Assembly: GCF_001598795.1 (NCBI RefSeq)
Contig: NZ_BCZP01000011.1
Span: 150,001 to 182,000, forward strand
Source: Delftia acidovorans NBRC 14950
GTDB lineage: Bacteria > Pseudomonadota > Gammaproteobacteria > Burkholderiales > Burkholderiaceae_C
DNA length: 32,000 bases
Direction: 5' to 3'
The position numbers and the translations under genes are program-made. Below are positions 9,533-17,723 of this stretch, piece by piece. Each line of letters begins with the position of its first letter. Within the stretch, counting starts at the first letter, position 1. Under the pieces are notes generated by a model that saw nothing but the letters and a program-made list of their open reading frames with translations, had not been told where the DNA came from and made no database searches.

Positions 9533-10501
9533 TCACTGCAGCCCGGCGCCGGAACGCTGGGTCAGGGCCTTGGACTCCTGACCTTCCTTCAGGGCCCAGG
9601 TACGGAATTCCTCAAGGGATGCCGAGGGCGCGGCCAGATTGCCCTGCTTGGCCAGCCTGGCCTTCACATCGGGGTCTTCCAGGGCCTTGGTGCTGGCATC
9701 GAACAGCTTCCTGGCCACCTCCTCGGGCAGGCCCGCCGGTGCGAACAGGCCGAACCAGAAGGTGTAGTCAAAGCCCGGCACGCCGGACTCCTTCATGCCA
9801 GGCAGCTCGGGAAACAGCGGGGAGCGCTCGGCCGTGCTCACGGCCAGCATGCGCAGCTTGCCGGCCTGGGCCAGCGGCAGCACCGAGGGCGGTGTGCCGA
9901 AGGTGAGGTCCACATCGCCGGCGGCCACGGCCTGTATCGATGGCGCGCCGCCCTTGAACGGCACATGCAGCATGCGCAGGCCGCCGCTGGCGCCCGCAAA
10001 CGACAGCGTGGCCAGGTGCGTGATCACGCCTGCGCCCGAGGAGGAATAGCTGAGCTTGTCGGGCTGGCTGCGTGCCAGAGCCACCAGATCGCCCACGCCC
10101 TGGCCCGGAAAATCCTTGCGCACGGCCAGCAGCATGGGGGCCGAACTCCAGCGCGTGATGCCCGTGAAGTTGCGCGCGCCGTCATAGCGCGCGCTCTTGT
10201 AGAGCAGCTGGTCCGAGCCATAGATATTGGCGCTGCCCAGCAGCAGCGTGTAGCCGTCGGGCGCTGCACGCGCCACATGCTCGGAGGCCAGCGTGGTGCC
10301 GGCGCCCGGGCGGTTGTCCACCAGCAGGGGCTGGCCCAGGATCTTGCCGACCTTGTCGGCCACGATGCGCGCCACCGCGTCGGCACCGCCGCCGGGCGGA
10401 AATCCCACGACCAGCGTGACGGGCCGCGCGGGATAGGACTGGGCCATCGCGCCACCGGCCAATCCGGCCAGCAGCAACGACAGTGCAAAACGCTTGAACA
10501 T
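9533..10501 (-). CDS. Bug-family / TctC-type tripartite tricarboxylate transporter substrate-binding protein
   Basis: Starts MFKRFALSLLLAGLAGGAMAQSYPARPVTLVVGFPPGGGADAVARIVADK, a signal peptide followed by the Bug signature. AGGAGA RBS before ATG 10501. The upstream part of the track ORF runs into the repeat and was rejected. Confidence 0.9.
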   Translation of the reverse strand: MFKRFALSLLLAGLAGGAMAQSYPARPVTLVVGFPPGGGADAVARIVADKVGKILGQPLLVDNRPGAGTTLASEHVARAAPDGYTLLLGSANIYGSDQLLYKSARYDGARNFTGITRWSSAPMLLAVRKDFPGQGVGDLVALARSQPDKLSYSSSGAGVITHLATLSFAGASGGLRMLHVPFKGGAPSIQAVAAGDVDLTFGTPPSVLPLAQAGKLRMLAVSTAERSPLFPELPGMKESGVPGFDYTFWFGLFAPAGLPEEVARKLFDASTKALEDPDVKARLAKQGNLAAPSASLEEFRTWALKEGQESKALTQRSGAGLQ

Positions 10502-10520
10502 GGCTTGTCTCCTGTTTATT

Positions 10521-10605
10521 GATACCCCCTGAGTCGCTGCGCGCCTTCCCCCAAAGGGGGACGACACCCTCGGTGCGGGAGCGGCCCTTCCTCGGTGTCC
10601 CCGAG
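10521..10605. repeat. Copy C of the intergenic repeat, inverted relative to copies A and B
   Basis: The reverse complement reads ggacaccgaggaagggccgctcccgcaccgagggtgtcgtccccc-tttg-gggggaaggcgcgcagcgactcagggggtatc. It differs from copy B mainly in hairpin loops. Confidence 0.85.
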
Positions 10606-10683
10606 TTGGGCCGCGCCGGTTCCGTGGGCTGTGGGCGGTAGGCAGCACCACGGGCAATCTGCGTGTATGCGGGAGGATGCGGT

Positions 10684-11433
10684 TCAGCGCCCCTTGAACT
10701 CCGGACTGCGTTTCTCGCGCCAGGCCCGGCCACCTTCCTGCAGGTCTTCGGAGGCGATGCTGCGCTGCACCTCGCGCGTGATCTCGGCCACGTCATGGCG
10801 GCCACGCGCGATCAGGTTCAGGTGTTTTTTCATGCCGAACAGGGGGATGGGCGCCATGGCGGCCAGCGTGCCGGTGAGCTGCTCCACGGCCGCGGCGAAG
10901 GCGGCGGGATCGGCCAGATGGGTGAGGAATCCGCAGGCCTTCATCTCCGGGGCCTGGATGCGCTCGCAGGTCAGGAACAGCCGCTTGGCCGTGTCCAGGC
11001 CCAGGCGCGAGACATAGCGCTCCAGCCCGCCCGCGTAGAAATGCAGGCCCAGGCGCGCGGCCGGCATGAACATTTCGGCCGCCGTGCTGCCCACGCGAAA
11101 GTCGCAGGCCAGGGCCATGTCGGTGGCGCCGCCGTAGACGCCGCCGTGGATGGCGGCCACGGTCACGGCGCGGCATTGCTCGATGGCGTCCACCATCTCG
11201 CCGAAGCTGCTGCCCTCGGTCTGGCTACCCTGGATCTCTGATATATCATAACCACTGCAAAAGTACTTGCCTTCGCTGCGCAGCACCACCACGCGCACAT
11301 CGTCGCGGTGGTTGATATGCTCCATGTGCGCAACCAGCGCGCCCAGGTCTTCCGGGGCCAGCTTGTTGGCCGCTTCGGGGCGCTGCAGCGTGATGGTGGC
11401 CAGGTGATCCTGGATATCGAGTCTGGGTGTCAT
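10684..11433 (-). CDS. Crotonase-superfamily (enoyl-CoA hydratase/isomerase fold) protein, non-canonical active site
   Basis: 249 aa, beginning LATITLQRPEAANKL and containing FCSGYDISE and AAIHGGVYGGATDMALACDFRV. A gapless by-eye alignment to rat ECHS1 puts Asp at Glu144 and Ala at Glu164. Confidence 0.8.
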   Translation of the reverse strand: MTPRLDIQDHLATITLQRPEAANKLAPEDLGALVAHMEHINHRDDVRVVVLRSEGKYFCSGYDISEIQGSQTEGSSFGEMVDAIEQCRAVTVAAIHGGVYGGATDMALACDFRVGSTAAEMFMPAARLGLHFYAGGLERYVSRLGLDTAKRLFLTCERIQAPEMKACGFLTHLADPAAFAAAVEQLTGTLAAMAPIPLFGMKKHLNLIARGRHDVAEITREVQRSIASEDLQEGGRAWREKRSPEFKGR

Positions 11434-11472
11434 ATGTATCAGTCAGTCAATCAGATATATTTGAATTAGAAA
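11434..11472. promoter_or_regulatory. 39-bp AT-rich divergent control region between the crotonase-fold gene and the GntR gene
   Basis: About 26% GC (10 of 39) in a high-GC background. It contains the period-4 run TATC-AGTC-AGTC-AATC-AGAT and a TATATT hexamer at 11456..11461. There is no Shine-Dalgarno before either start codon. Confidence 0.5.
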
Positions 11473-12189
11473 ATGCTTCCAGCCAAGCAGCCATTGGAGA
11501 AAACCCCGGCCACGTCCAGCCTGCAGGAGCGTATACGGCAATCGCTGGAAGACGAGCTGCGCTCGGGCGCCATGCGGCCCGGCGACGCCATCGACGAGCC
11601 GGCCCTGTGCGAACGCTTCGGCGCCTCGCGCACCCCCGTGCGCGAGGCGCTGCTGCTGCTGGTGGCCAAGGGGCTGGTGGAGATCGTTCCGCGCTCGGGC
11701 ATCTATGTGCGGCGGCTGGATGCGCGCGAGCTGGTGGCCATGATGGAAGGCCTGGCCGAGCTGGAAGGCGTGCTGGCCCGGCTGGCTGCCACGCGCATCC
11801 ATGCGCAGCTGCGCGAGCGGCTGCAGGAGGCGCTGGCGCACACCGCCGCCTGCGCCCAGGCGCAGGATGCCGAAGGCTATGTGCAGGCCAACATGCAACT
11901 GCACGAACTGATATACGAGGCCAGCGGCAACGACTTCATCGTGGAGCAGACGCGGCTGCTGCGGCTGCGCATCACGCCCTACCGGGGCCGCATGTTCGAG
12001 AAGCCCGGCCGGCTTGCGCGCTCGCAGCAGGAGCACGCCACCGTGGTGGCCGCCATCTGCGCAGGCCAGGCGGAGGTGGCCGCCGAGGCCATGCGCCAGC
12101 ACATCTGCGCAGGCGGCAGCGCCTTCACCGACATGGTGCTGGGCGCGCCCGCGCAGGCGGGCTACGAGCGCCCGCGCAAGTCAAGGTAG
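11473..12189 (+). CDS. GntR-family (FadR/FCD subfamily) transcriptional regulator
   Basis: Contains the winged-HTH sequence EPALCERFGASRTPVREALLLLVAKGLVEIVPRSGIYV followed by an all-helical FCD-like C-terminal domain. It is divergent from the acyl-CoA cluster. Confidence 0.9.
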   Translation: MLPAKQPLEKTPATSSLQERIRQSLEDELRSGAMRPGDAIDEPALCERFGASRTPVREALLLLVAKGLVEIVPRSGIYVRRLDARELVAMMEGLAELEGVLARLAATRIHAQLRERLQEALAHTAACAQAQDAEGYVQANMQLHELIYEASGNDFIVEQTRLLRLRITPYRGRMFEKPGRLARSQQEHATVVAAICAGQAEVAAEAMRQHICAGGSAFTDMVLGAPAQAGYERPRKSR

Positions 12190-12201
12190 CCCGAAGAGGG
12201 C

Positions 12202-13356
12202 TCAGGGCCGCACTTCAAAGGCCAGGAACTGCGTGACCTGGTTGTCCGCGAAGTTGTTGTCGGCCACCAGCACCAGGGTGCGGTTGCCGTTGGCCAGGCG
12301 CGGGCCCCAGGAGATGCCTTCGATGTTGTCGAGCTTGATGCCCTGGTAGGTCACGGGCATTTCCAGCAGCAGCTCGCGCTTCATGGGCTTGTAGCTGGCG
12401 CCCACCAGGCTCTTGAAGCTGCTCACATCGGTGGTGTCCGGCTCGATGGTGGCGCGCGTCAGGCGGATGGTGTTGCCCACGCCATCGGCAAAGGCGCGCT
12501 CGATGGCGATGAACTCGTTGTTGGAGACCGCCAGCAGCTCGGGCAAGCCGTTGTCCGGCGGAAAGCTGCCGCTGGCGGCCTTGTCCAGGGGAATCTTCGG
12601 CAATGCGTAGGCATACTGCGCGCCCGACTTGCCCGTGGCCGGATCGAGCTTAAGGACGCGGATGACGCTGCCCGCCGTCAGCGTGGTGAGGGGGCCGTCT
12701 TCCACCAGCGCATCCTCGTTGGCCGTGAACACGCTGCCGTCGGGCGTGACGGCCAGGGCCTCGAACAGCTTGTTGTTGCGCCCTCCGCTGGTGGTGTTGT
12801 CCACGTAGTTGAAGGCCGCAGGCCTCTCGAAGTCGCGCACGAAGCTGCCGTCCACCCTGATCTCGCGCACAAAGGGCTGGAACAGGCTGGCGGGGTCGGT
12901 GCTGAAGTTGCCCTCGCTGGACACGTAGAGGTTGCCGTTGGGCGCCACGCGGATGCCCTCGGGGTCCACGGTGCGGCGTGTGCTGGGCAGGGGCTGGCCG
13001 TCGCGGCCCTTGAGCGTGACCATCTTGCGGATGGTCACGGCCTGGATGGCCTTGTCATCGAACTGAATGCCCAGGTTGTAGAAGCGCGGCGTGCCACGCT
13101 CGCCGCCGCGCTCATCGGAGATGGCCCAGTAGCTGCCATCGGGCGCGCGGTCCAGGCCGGAGATGCCGCCGAACTCCACGCCGTCGAACAGTGTCTTGGT
13201 CTTGATGCTGTAGTCGCCGATCAGCCGCAGCGAGCCGATGGTCTCGGGGCCGTCGTCGCTGCCGCCGCAGCCTGCCAGGCCCGTGGCCGTGCCGAAAGCC
13301 AGGACCAGCGCGAGCAGCACGGATGCGGGCGAGCGGACCTTGTCTGCCTTGTTCAT
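12202..13356 (-). CDS. Lipoprotein of the 'esterase-like activity of phytase' (phytase-like beta-propeller) family
   Basis: Starts MNKADKVRSPASVLLALVLAFGTATGLAGCGGSDD, with the lipobox LAGC. It contains GGISGLDRAPDGSYWAISDERG and other repeated propeller-like blocks. GGGAGG RBS before ATG 13356. The 493-aa track ORF was trimmed. Confidence 0.65.
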   Translation of the reverse strand: MNKADKVRSPASVLLALVLAFGTATGLAGCGGSDDGPETIGSLRLIGDYSIKTKTLFDGVEFGGISGLDRAPDGSYWAISDERGGERGTPRFYNLGIQFDDKAIQAVTIRKMVTLKGRDGQPLPSTRRTVDPEGIRVAPNGNLYVSSEGNFSTDPASLFQPFVREIRVDGSFVRDFERPAAFNYVDNTTSGGRNNKLFEALAVTPDGSVFTANEDALVEDGPLTTLTAGSVIRVLKLDPATGKSGAQYAYALPKIPLDKAASGSFPPDNGLPELLAVSNNEFIAIERAFADGVGNTIRLTRATIEPDTTDVSSFKSLVGASYKPMKRELLLEMPVTYQGIKLDNIEGISWGPRLANGNRTLVLVADNNFADNQVTQFLAFEVRP

Positions 13357-13472
13357 ATTCCCTCCCAGGATGGATCTCAGAAGGGATGGACCGTAGCCAA
13401 GGCCCGTGACAGGGTGGTGACATGCACGCGCATGCCGCCGCCCTGCACCAGCCCTGACCAGCCCCTCGTCCG

Positions 13473-14471
13473 CTACTCCAGCTTGGCGCCCGAGGCCTTG
13501 ACCACCTGCGCCCAGCGCGCGATCTCGCCATGCACCATGGCCGCGAACTGCTGCTGGTTCATGCCGCCGTAGTCGGCGCCGTTGCGCGCCCAGATGGACT
13601 TGATCTCTTCGGCCGATCCTATGCGCTGCACCTGGTCGATGACCTGGGCCTGCACGGCCTGCGGCGTGCCCTTGGGCGCCCACAGGCCGTACCAGGTCGT
13701 GACCGTGTAGTCGGGCAGGCCGGACTCGGCCGCGCAGGGCACGTCGGGGAAGGCGGGATTGCGCTTGTCGCCAGAGACCATCAGCGCGCGGATGCGCCCG
13801 CTCTTGATGTGCTGGGCCGACGAGCCCAGGCCGTCGAACATCATGTCCACATTGCCGGCGATCAGGTCCTGCAGCGCCGGGCCCGCGCCCCGATAGGGAA
13901 TGTGGGTGATGAAGGTATTGGTCTGCAGCTTGAACAGCTCGCCGGCCAGGTGGTGCGAGGTGCCCGCGCCCGCCGAGGCGTAGTTGAGCTTGCCCGGCCG
14001 CTTGCGCAGGTCGGACAGCAGCTCCTGCACGGTCTTGTGCGGCACGTTGCGCGGGTTGACCACCAGCACCTGGGGCACGCTGGCCAGCAGGGCCAGCGCG
14101 ATGAAGTCGCGCTCCAGGTCATAGTCCAGGCGCGGGTACATGGACGGCGCAATCACATGGTGGGTGCCGCCCATGAAGAAGTTGTAGCCGTCCGGAGCCA
14201 GCTTGGCCGCGTAGCTGGCGCCCAGGGTGCCGCCTGCGCCGCCGCGGTTGTCGATCACCAGGGTCTTGCCCGCGCTTTTGGCGAACTGGGCCGAGAACGG
14301 CCGGGCAAAGGCATCGGTGCCCCCGCCGGCCGGAAACGGCACGACCAGGTTCACGGGTTTGGACGGCCAGTCCGCCGCCGCGCGGGCTGCCATGGGCAGG
14401 GCCAGCGCGGCCATCGAGGCCCCGGCTGCGCGCAACACCGCGCGCCGCCCCGTGGGGTGGGAAGCTTGCAT
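13473..14471 (-). CDS. Bug-family / TctC-type substrate-binding protein (second copy, Tat-like signal)
   Basis: Starts MQASHPTGRRAVLRAAGASMAALALPMAARAAADWPSKPVNLVVPFPAGGGTDAFARPF, which shows the Bug signature and an RR-containing leader. Confidence 0.9.
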   Translation of the reverse strand: MQASHPTGRRAVLRAAGASMAALALPMAARAAADWPSKPVNLVVPFPAGGGTDAFARPFSAQFAKSAGKTLVIDNRGGAGGTLGASYAAKLAPDGYNFFMGGTHHVIAPSMYPRLDYDLERDFIALALLASVPQVLVVNPRNVPHKTVQELLSDLRKRPGKLNYASAGAGTSHHLAGELFKLQTNTFITHIPYRGAGPALQDLIAGNVDMMFDGLGSSAQHIKSGRIRALMVSGDKRNPAFPDVPCAAESGLPDYTVTTWYGLWAPKGTPQAVQAQVIDQVQRIGSAEEIKSIWARNGADYGGMNQQQFAAMVHGEIARWAQVVKASGAKLE

Positions 14472-14535
14472 GACTTGTCTCCTTGTCGCCTCTTTGAGGC
14501 TGTCTTCGTTGTCAGGCGCAGCAGTCCCTGTGCAA

Positions 14536-14567
14536 GAAAAGGGGCACGGCCTGCGCCGCGCCCCTTT
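14536..14567 (-). terminator. Rho-independent terminator immediately after the malonyl-CoA decarboxylase gene
   Basis: Minus strand reads TGA-AAAAGGGGCGCGGCGCAGGCCGTGCCCCTTTTC. A GGGGC..GCCCC stem is followed by a T4 run. Confidence 0.7.
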
Positions 14568-16013
14568 TCATTTGCACAGGGCTTCGATGTCCGAGGACAC
14601 CGGTATGCGGCCCTGCGCCAGCAGGCCGCGATGCTTGTCCAGGCGCTTGAGGTCGTAGAGGTAGTTGACCATCAGCCCCAGCGACTGCTTGAGTCCCTTG
14701 GCCGACAGGTCGGCCGCCCAGTTGAGCCGCTCCACGCGCGCGCCGTTGCCCAGGTGAAAACGCGCCACCGGGTCCAGCGGCCGGCCCTTGGCCGTCTCGC
14801 GCCCCAGATAGTGGGCGGCGCAGAACAGCAGTGCGCGGCGCACGGGTGCGTCGGGCTTGAGATCCTGCGGCGCATCCAGCGCCGCCAGCAGGTGCTCGGC
14901 GCCCATGCCGCCGGCCTTGAGCTCGAAGGCCTTGCGCTGGCGCTCGTCCATCTTCTCCAGGATGGCATCGCCGTGCTTGGCGATCCAGGCACGCAGGCCC
15001 GGAATGGGAGACAGCGTGGCGAAATGGCGCAGCCGGGGGAACTCGCCCGTCAGCGTCTCCACCACATGCTTGATCAGCGAGTCGCCAAAGCTCACGCCGC
15101 GCAGGCCGGCCTGGGTGTTGCTGATGGAGTAGAAGATGGCCGTGGTGGCGCGGCCCAGGTCGGAGGCCGCCGCAGTCTCGTCCAGCAGCGGGGCAATGCT
15201 GTCGGACATCTTGTCCACCAGCGCCACCTCCACGAAGATCAGGGGCACGGTGGGCATGCGCGGGTGGAAGAAGCCGTAGCAGCGCCGGTCGCTGTCCAGG
15301 CGGTTCTTGAGGTCGGCCCAGCTGCGGATGTCGTGCACGGCCTCGTACTGGATGAGCTTTTCGATCAGCGAGGCCGGCGAGTCCCAGCTCAGGCGGCGCA
15401 GCTCCAGCAGGGCCACGTCGAACCAGTTGGCAAACAGGTGCTCCAGCTCGGCGTCCAGCGCGGAAAAGCGCTGCTGCTCCGCCTTGGGCAGGGCCAGCAG
15501 TTCGGCGCGCAGGTCCACAAGAAAGCCCATGCCGCCCTGGGGCTGGGCAAAGCGCTGCAGCAGCCGCGTGCGCGGCGACATCAGCGCGCGGCGCAGGTCC
15601 ATCTCGGCCTGGCCGCGCTCGGCATCGCTGGCCGCCGTGTCATAGCGCTTGCGCGCGGCCATCAGGGCTTCGGTATCGGGGCCGAACTGTTCGACGATCA
15701 GCGCCCAGAAATCCTTGTGCGCGGGCAGCTCGGCCTGGGCGTACCAGTCCATGAGCAGTTGCGCATGGCGACCGCCCTCGACATCGCTCAGGCCGGCGTC
15801 GGCGGCAGCCTGCAGGTCTTCCATGAGCTTGCGCAGCTCGCGCGGGGACAGCACTTCCTGGCCGCGCCGCAGGGTGGCCTGCAGGCGCTGGGCCGTGCCG
15901 CGCGGCGCGGGACCCTTGGCTGCCTCGCCCTCGGACTTTGTTGCAGGCGCAGCCGCATCGGTGCTGCGAAAGCGGGACACATTGCGGGCAATCCAGTCAG
16001 TAGCCAGACCCAT
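14568..16013 (-). CDS. Malonyl-CoA decarboxylase (MCD family)
   Basis: 481 aa. It carries characteristic MCD blocks: FYSISNTQAGLRGVSFGDSLIKHVV, HFATLSPIPGLRAWI, and NGARVERLNWAADLSAKGLKQSLGLMVNYLY. Confidence 0.85.
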   Translation of the reverse strand: MGLATDWIARNVSRFRSTDAAAPATKSEGEAAKGPAPRGTAQRLQATLRRGQEVLSPRELRKLMEDLQAAADAGLSDVEGGRHAQLLMDWYAQAELPAHKDFWALIVEQFGPDTEALMAARKRYDTAASDAERGQAEMDLRRALMSPRTRLLQRFAQPQGGMGFLVDLRAELLALPKAEQQRFSALDAELEHLFANWFDVALLELRRLSWDSPASLIEKLIQYEAVHDIRSWADLKNRLDSDRRCYGFFHPRMPTVPLIFVEVALVDKMSDSIAPLLDETAAASDLGRATTAIFYSISNTQAGLRGVSFGDSLIKHVVETLTGEFPRLRHFATLSPIPGLRAWIAKHGDAILEKMDERQRKAFELKAGGMGAEHLLAALDAPQDLKPDAPVRRALLFCAAHYLGRETAKGRPLDPVARFHLGNGARVERLNWAADLSAKGLKQSLGLMVNYLYDLKRLDKHRGLLAQGRIPVSSDIEALCK

Positions 16014-16099
16014 TCAGAAGTTCCTCCATGTCAAGCGGTCACGGGACTGTCATGCCGCCAATCGGCCAATGACAATCTTTTGCTGCTCACATTATGAGA

Positions 16100-16114
16100 G
16101 TCTGCACGGCAGAC
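16100..16114. promoter_or_regulatory. Perfect 6-3-6 palindrome GTCTGC-ACG-GCAGAC in the decarboxylase promoter region (candidate operator)
   Basis: On the minus strand it reads GTCTGCCGTGCAGAC-TCT-CATAAT, directly abutting a -10-like CATAAT about 85 nt upstream of ATG 16013. The GT..AC ends fit the generic GntR/FadR half-site style. Confidence 0.45.
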
Positions 16115-16192
16115 CGTGTACGCCGATGTCGCGTTCTTGTCTTCGGGCTATCCCCATGCACGCCCCTGTCCCCTCTCCCGTCAACCTTGCAC

Positions 16193-16219
16193 AAAAAAAA
16201 GCGGGCACCAGGCCCGCTT
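16193..16219 (-). terminator. Rho-independent terminator after lgt
   Basis: Minus strand reads GCGGGC-CTGGT-GCCCGC followed by T8. Confidence 0.85.
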
Positions 16220-16242
16220 CGTATCCGTGCGTACCGCCGGCC

Positions 16243-17079
16243 TCAGGCCGGCTTGCCCGCCTGGGCAGGATAGGCCGGGCGCCCCGCAGCCCAGAACCAC
16301 ATGGCGATGCCGCCGATCACCATGGGCACGCACAGCCACTGGCCCATGCTCATGCCCAGCGACAGCAGGCCCAGGAAGTCATCGGGCTCGCGGAAGTACT
16401 CGGCAATGAAGCGGAAGGCGCCGTAGCCGACGAGGAAGACCGCCGCCACCTGGCCCGGCTTGTGCTCCTTGCGCGCATACAGCCACAGCAGCACGAACAG
16501 CAGCAGGCCTTCCAGCAGGAACTGGTAGACCTGCGAGGGGTGGCGCGGCAGCATGGAGCCGCTTTGCGGGAAGACCATGGCCCAGGGCAGCTCGGGGCTG
16601 GCGAAGCGGCCCCACAGTTCCCCGTTGATGAAGTTGCCGACGCGGCCGGCCGCCAGGCCCGTGGGCACACAGGGCGCGACGAAGTCGGCCACCTCCAGCC
16701 AGGAGCGGGCCCGCGAGCGCGCGAACCAGACCATGGAGGCGATCACGCCGACCAGGCCGCCATGAAAGCTCATGCCGCCCTGCCAGACATAGAAAATCTC
16801 CAGCGGGTGGCTCAGGTAGTAGCCCGGCTTGTAGAACAGGCAGTAGCCCAGCCGGCCGCCGACGACCACGCCGAGCACGCCCAGGAAAAGAATGTCTTCC
16901 ACGTCCTTGCGCGTCCAGGCGCGGTCGCCCTGCATGCGCACGAAGGGCGGGTGGCGCAGCCTGCGCGTTCCCAGCCAGAGGAAGAGGCCGAAAGCGGCCA
17001 GATACGTCAGGCCGTACCAGTGCACGGCGAGGGGCCCGATCTGCAGGGCCACGGGATCGATCTGCGGGTACATCAGCAT
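16243..17079 (-). CDS. lgt: Prolipoprotein diacylglyceryl transferase
   Basis: Starts [33 protein letters not shown] and contains FHGGLVGV and [14 protein letters not shown], which are Lgt signature blocks. The start is ambiguous among ATGs at 17073, 17079 and 17088. Confidence 0.9.
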   Translation of the reverse strand: MLMYPQIDPVALQIGPLAVHWYGLTYLAAFGLFLWLGTRRLRHPPFVRMQGDRAWTRKDVEDILFLGVLGVVVGGRLGYCLFYKPGYYLSHPLEIFYVWQGGMSFHGGLVGVIASMVWFARSRARSWLEVADFVAPCVPTGLAAGRVGNFINGELWGRFASPELPWAMVFPQSGSMLPRHPSQVYQFLLEGLLLFVLLWLYARKEHKPGQVAAVFLVGYGAFRFIAEYFREPDDFLGLLSLGMSMGQWLCVPMVIGGIAMWFWAAGRPAYPAQAGKPA

Positions 17080-17149
17080 GGTCGGCATTGTGCCGCAGCG
17101 CCGCATGGCCGGCGCCGGCCAGGGGTTGGAAAGCTGGCGGCGCGGCGGT

Positions 17150-17614
17150 TCAGCCCGGCTGGCTTTCCTGGATGGCCATGAGCTTGTCCAGGGCCGCGAA
17201 CAGATGGCGCTGCTCGGTGGAGGTCAGAAGTTGCTCCAGCTCGTCTTCCAGTTGCACCACCACGCCCTCGGCCCGCGCCTGCAGCGCGCTACCTTCGGCC
17301 GTCATGTGCAGCTGCTGCAGCCGACGGTCGCGCGGATCGGGCTGGCGCCCGATGAGCCCGCGCTGCACCAGGCGCTCGACCACCGGCACCAGGTTGGAGG
17401 GCGAGATGTCCAGCGCCTCGCCCAGCTGGCGCAGGTAGATGCCGGGATTGGAGTGGATCAGCACCAGGATGGAGAACTCGCTGGGCTTGAGGTCCAGTTC
17501 GGCCACGCGCCGCGCGAACAGCTTGTGGATGTGGATTTCCGCGCGCGTGAGGCGGTAGCCCAGGAAACGCTGCAGGCGCGACTGATCGACGGCGGGTTCG
17601 GAGGAGCTGTCCAT
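17150..17614 (-). CDS. MarR-family transcriptional regulator (HcaR/FerC-like by context)
   Basis: 154 aa. The sequence [64 protein letters not shown] is a winged-HTH with the MarR DxR wing. The 270-aa track ORF was trimmed to ATG 17614. Confidence 0.85.
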   Translation of the reverse strand: MDSSSEPAVDQSRLQRFLGYRLTRAEIHIHKLFARRVAELDLKPSEFSILVLIHSNPGIYLRQLGEALDISPSNLVPVVERLVQRGLIGRQPDPRDRRLQQLHMTAEGSALQARAEGVVVQLEDELEQLLTSTEQRHLFAALDKLMAIQESQPG

Positions 17615-17723
17615 GGACACGGATCTGGAAGAGGAAGAAGGCACACCGAGGCAAAGCCGCCCCGGCGCCTGCGGATCTTCAGGGCCGGTGCGGCGTTCCA
17701 TCATAAAAGCCCCGGCTGCCCGC

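Noticed and set aside
9443-10605. The tctC-like gene flanked by inverted repeat copies, considered as a composite transposon or MITE-captured cassette.
   Set aside because: There is no transposase, and I can see no target-site duplication at the repeat ends. A third copy lies alone after ccoI. REP-like intergenic elements explain the pattern more simply. I kept it as a repeat-family finding only.
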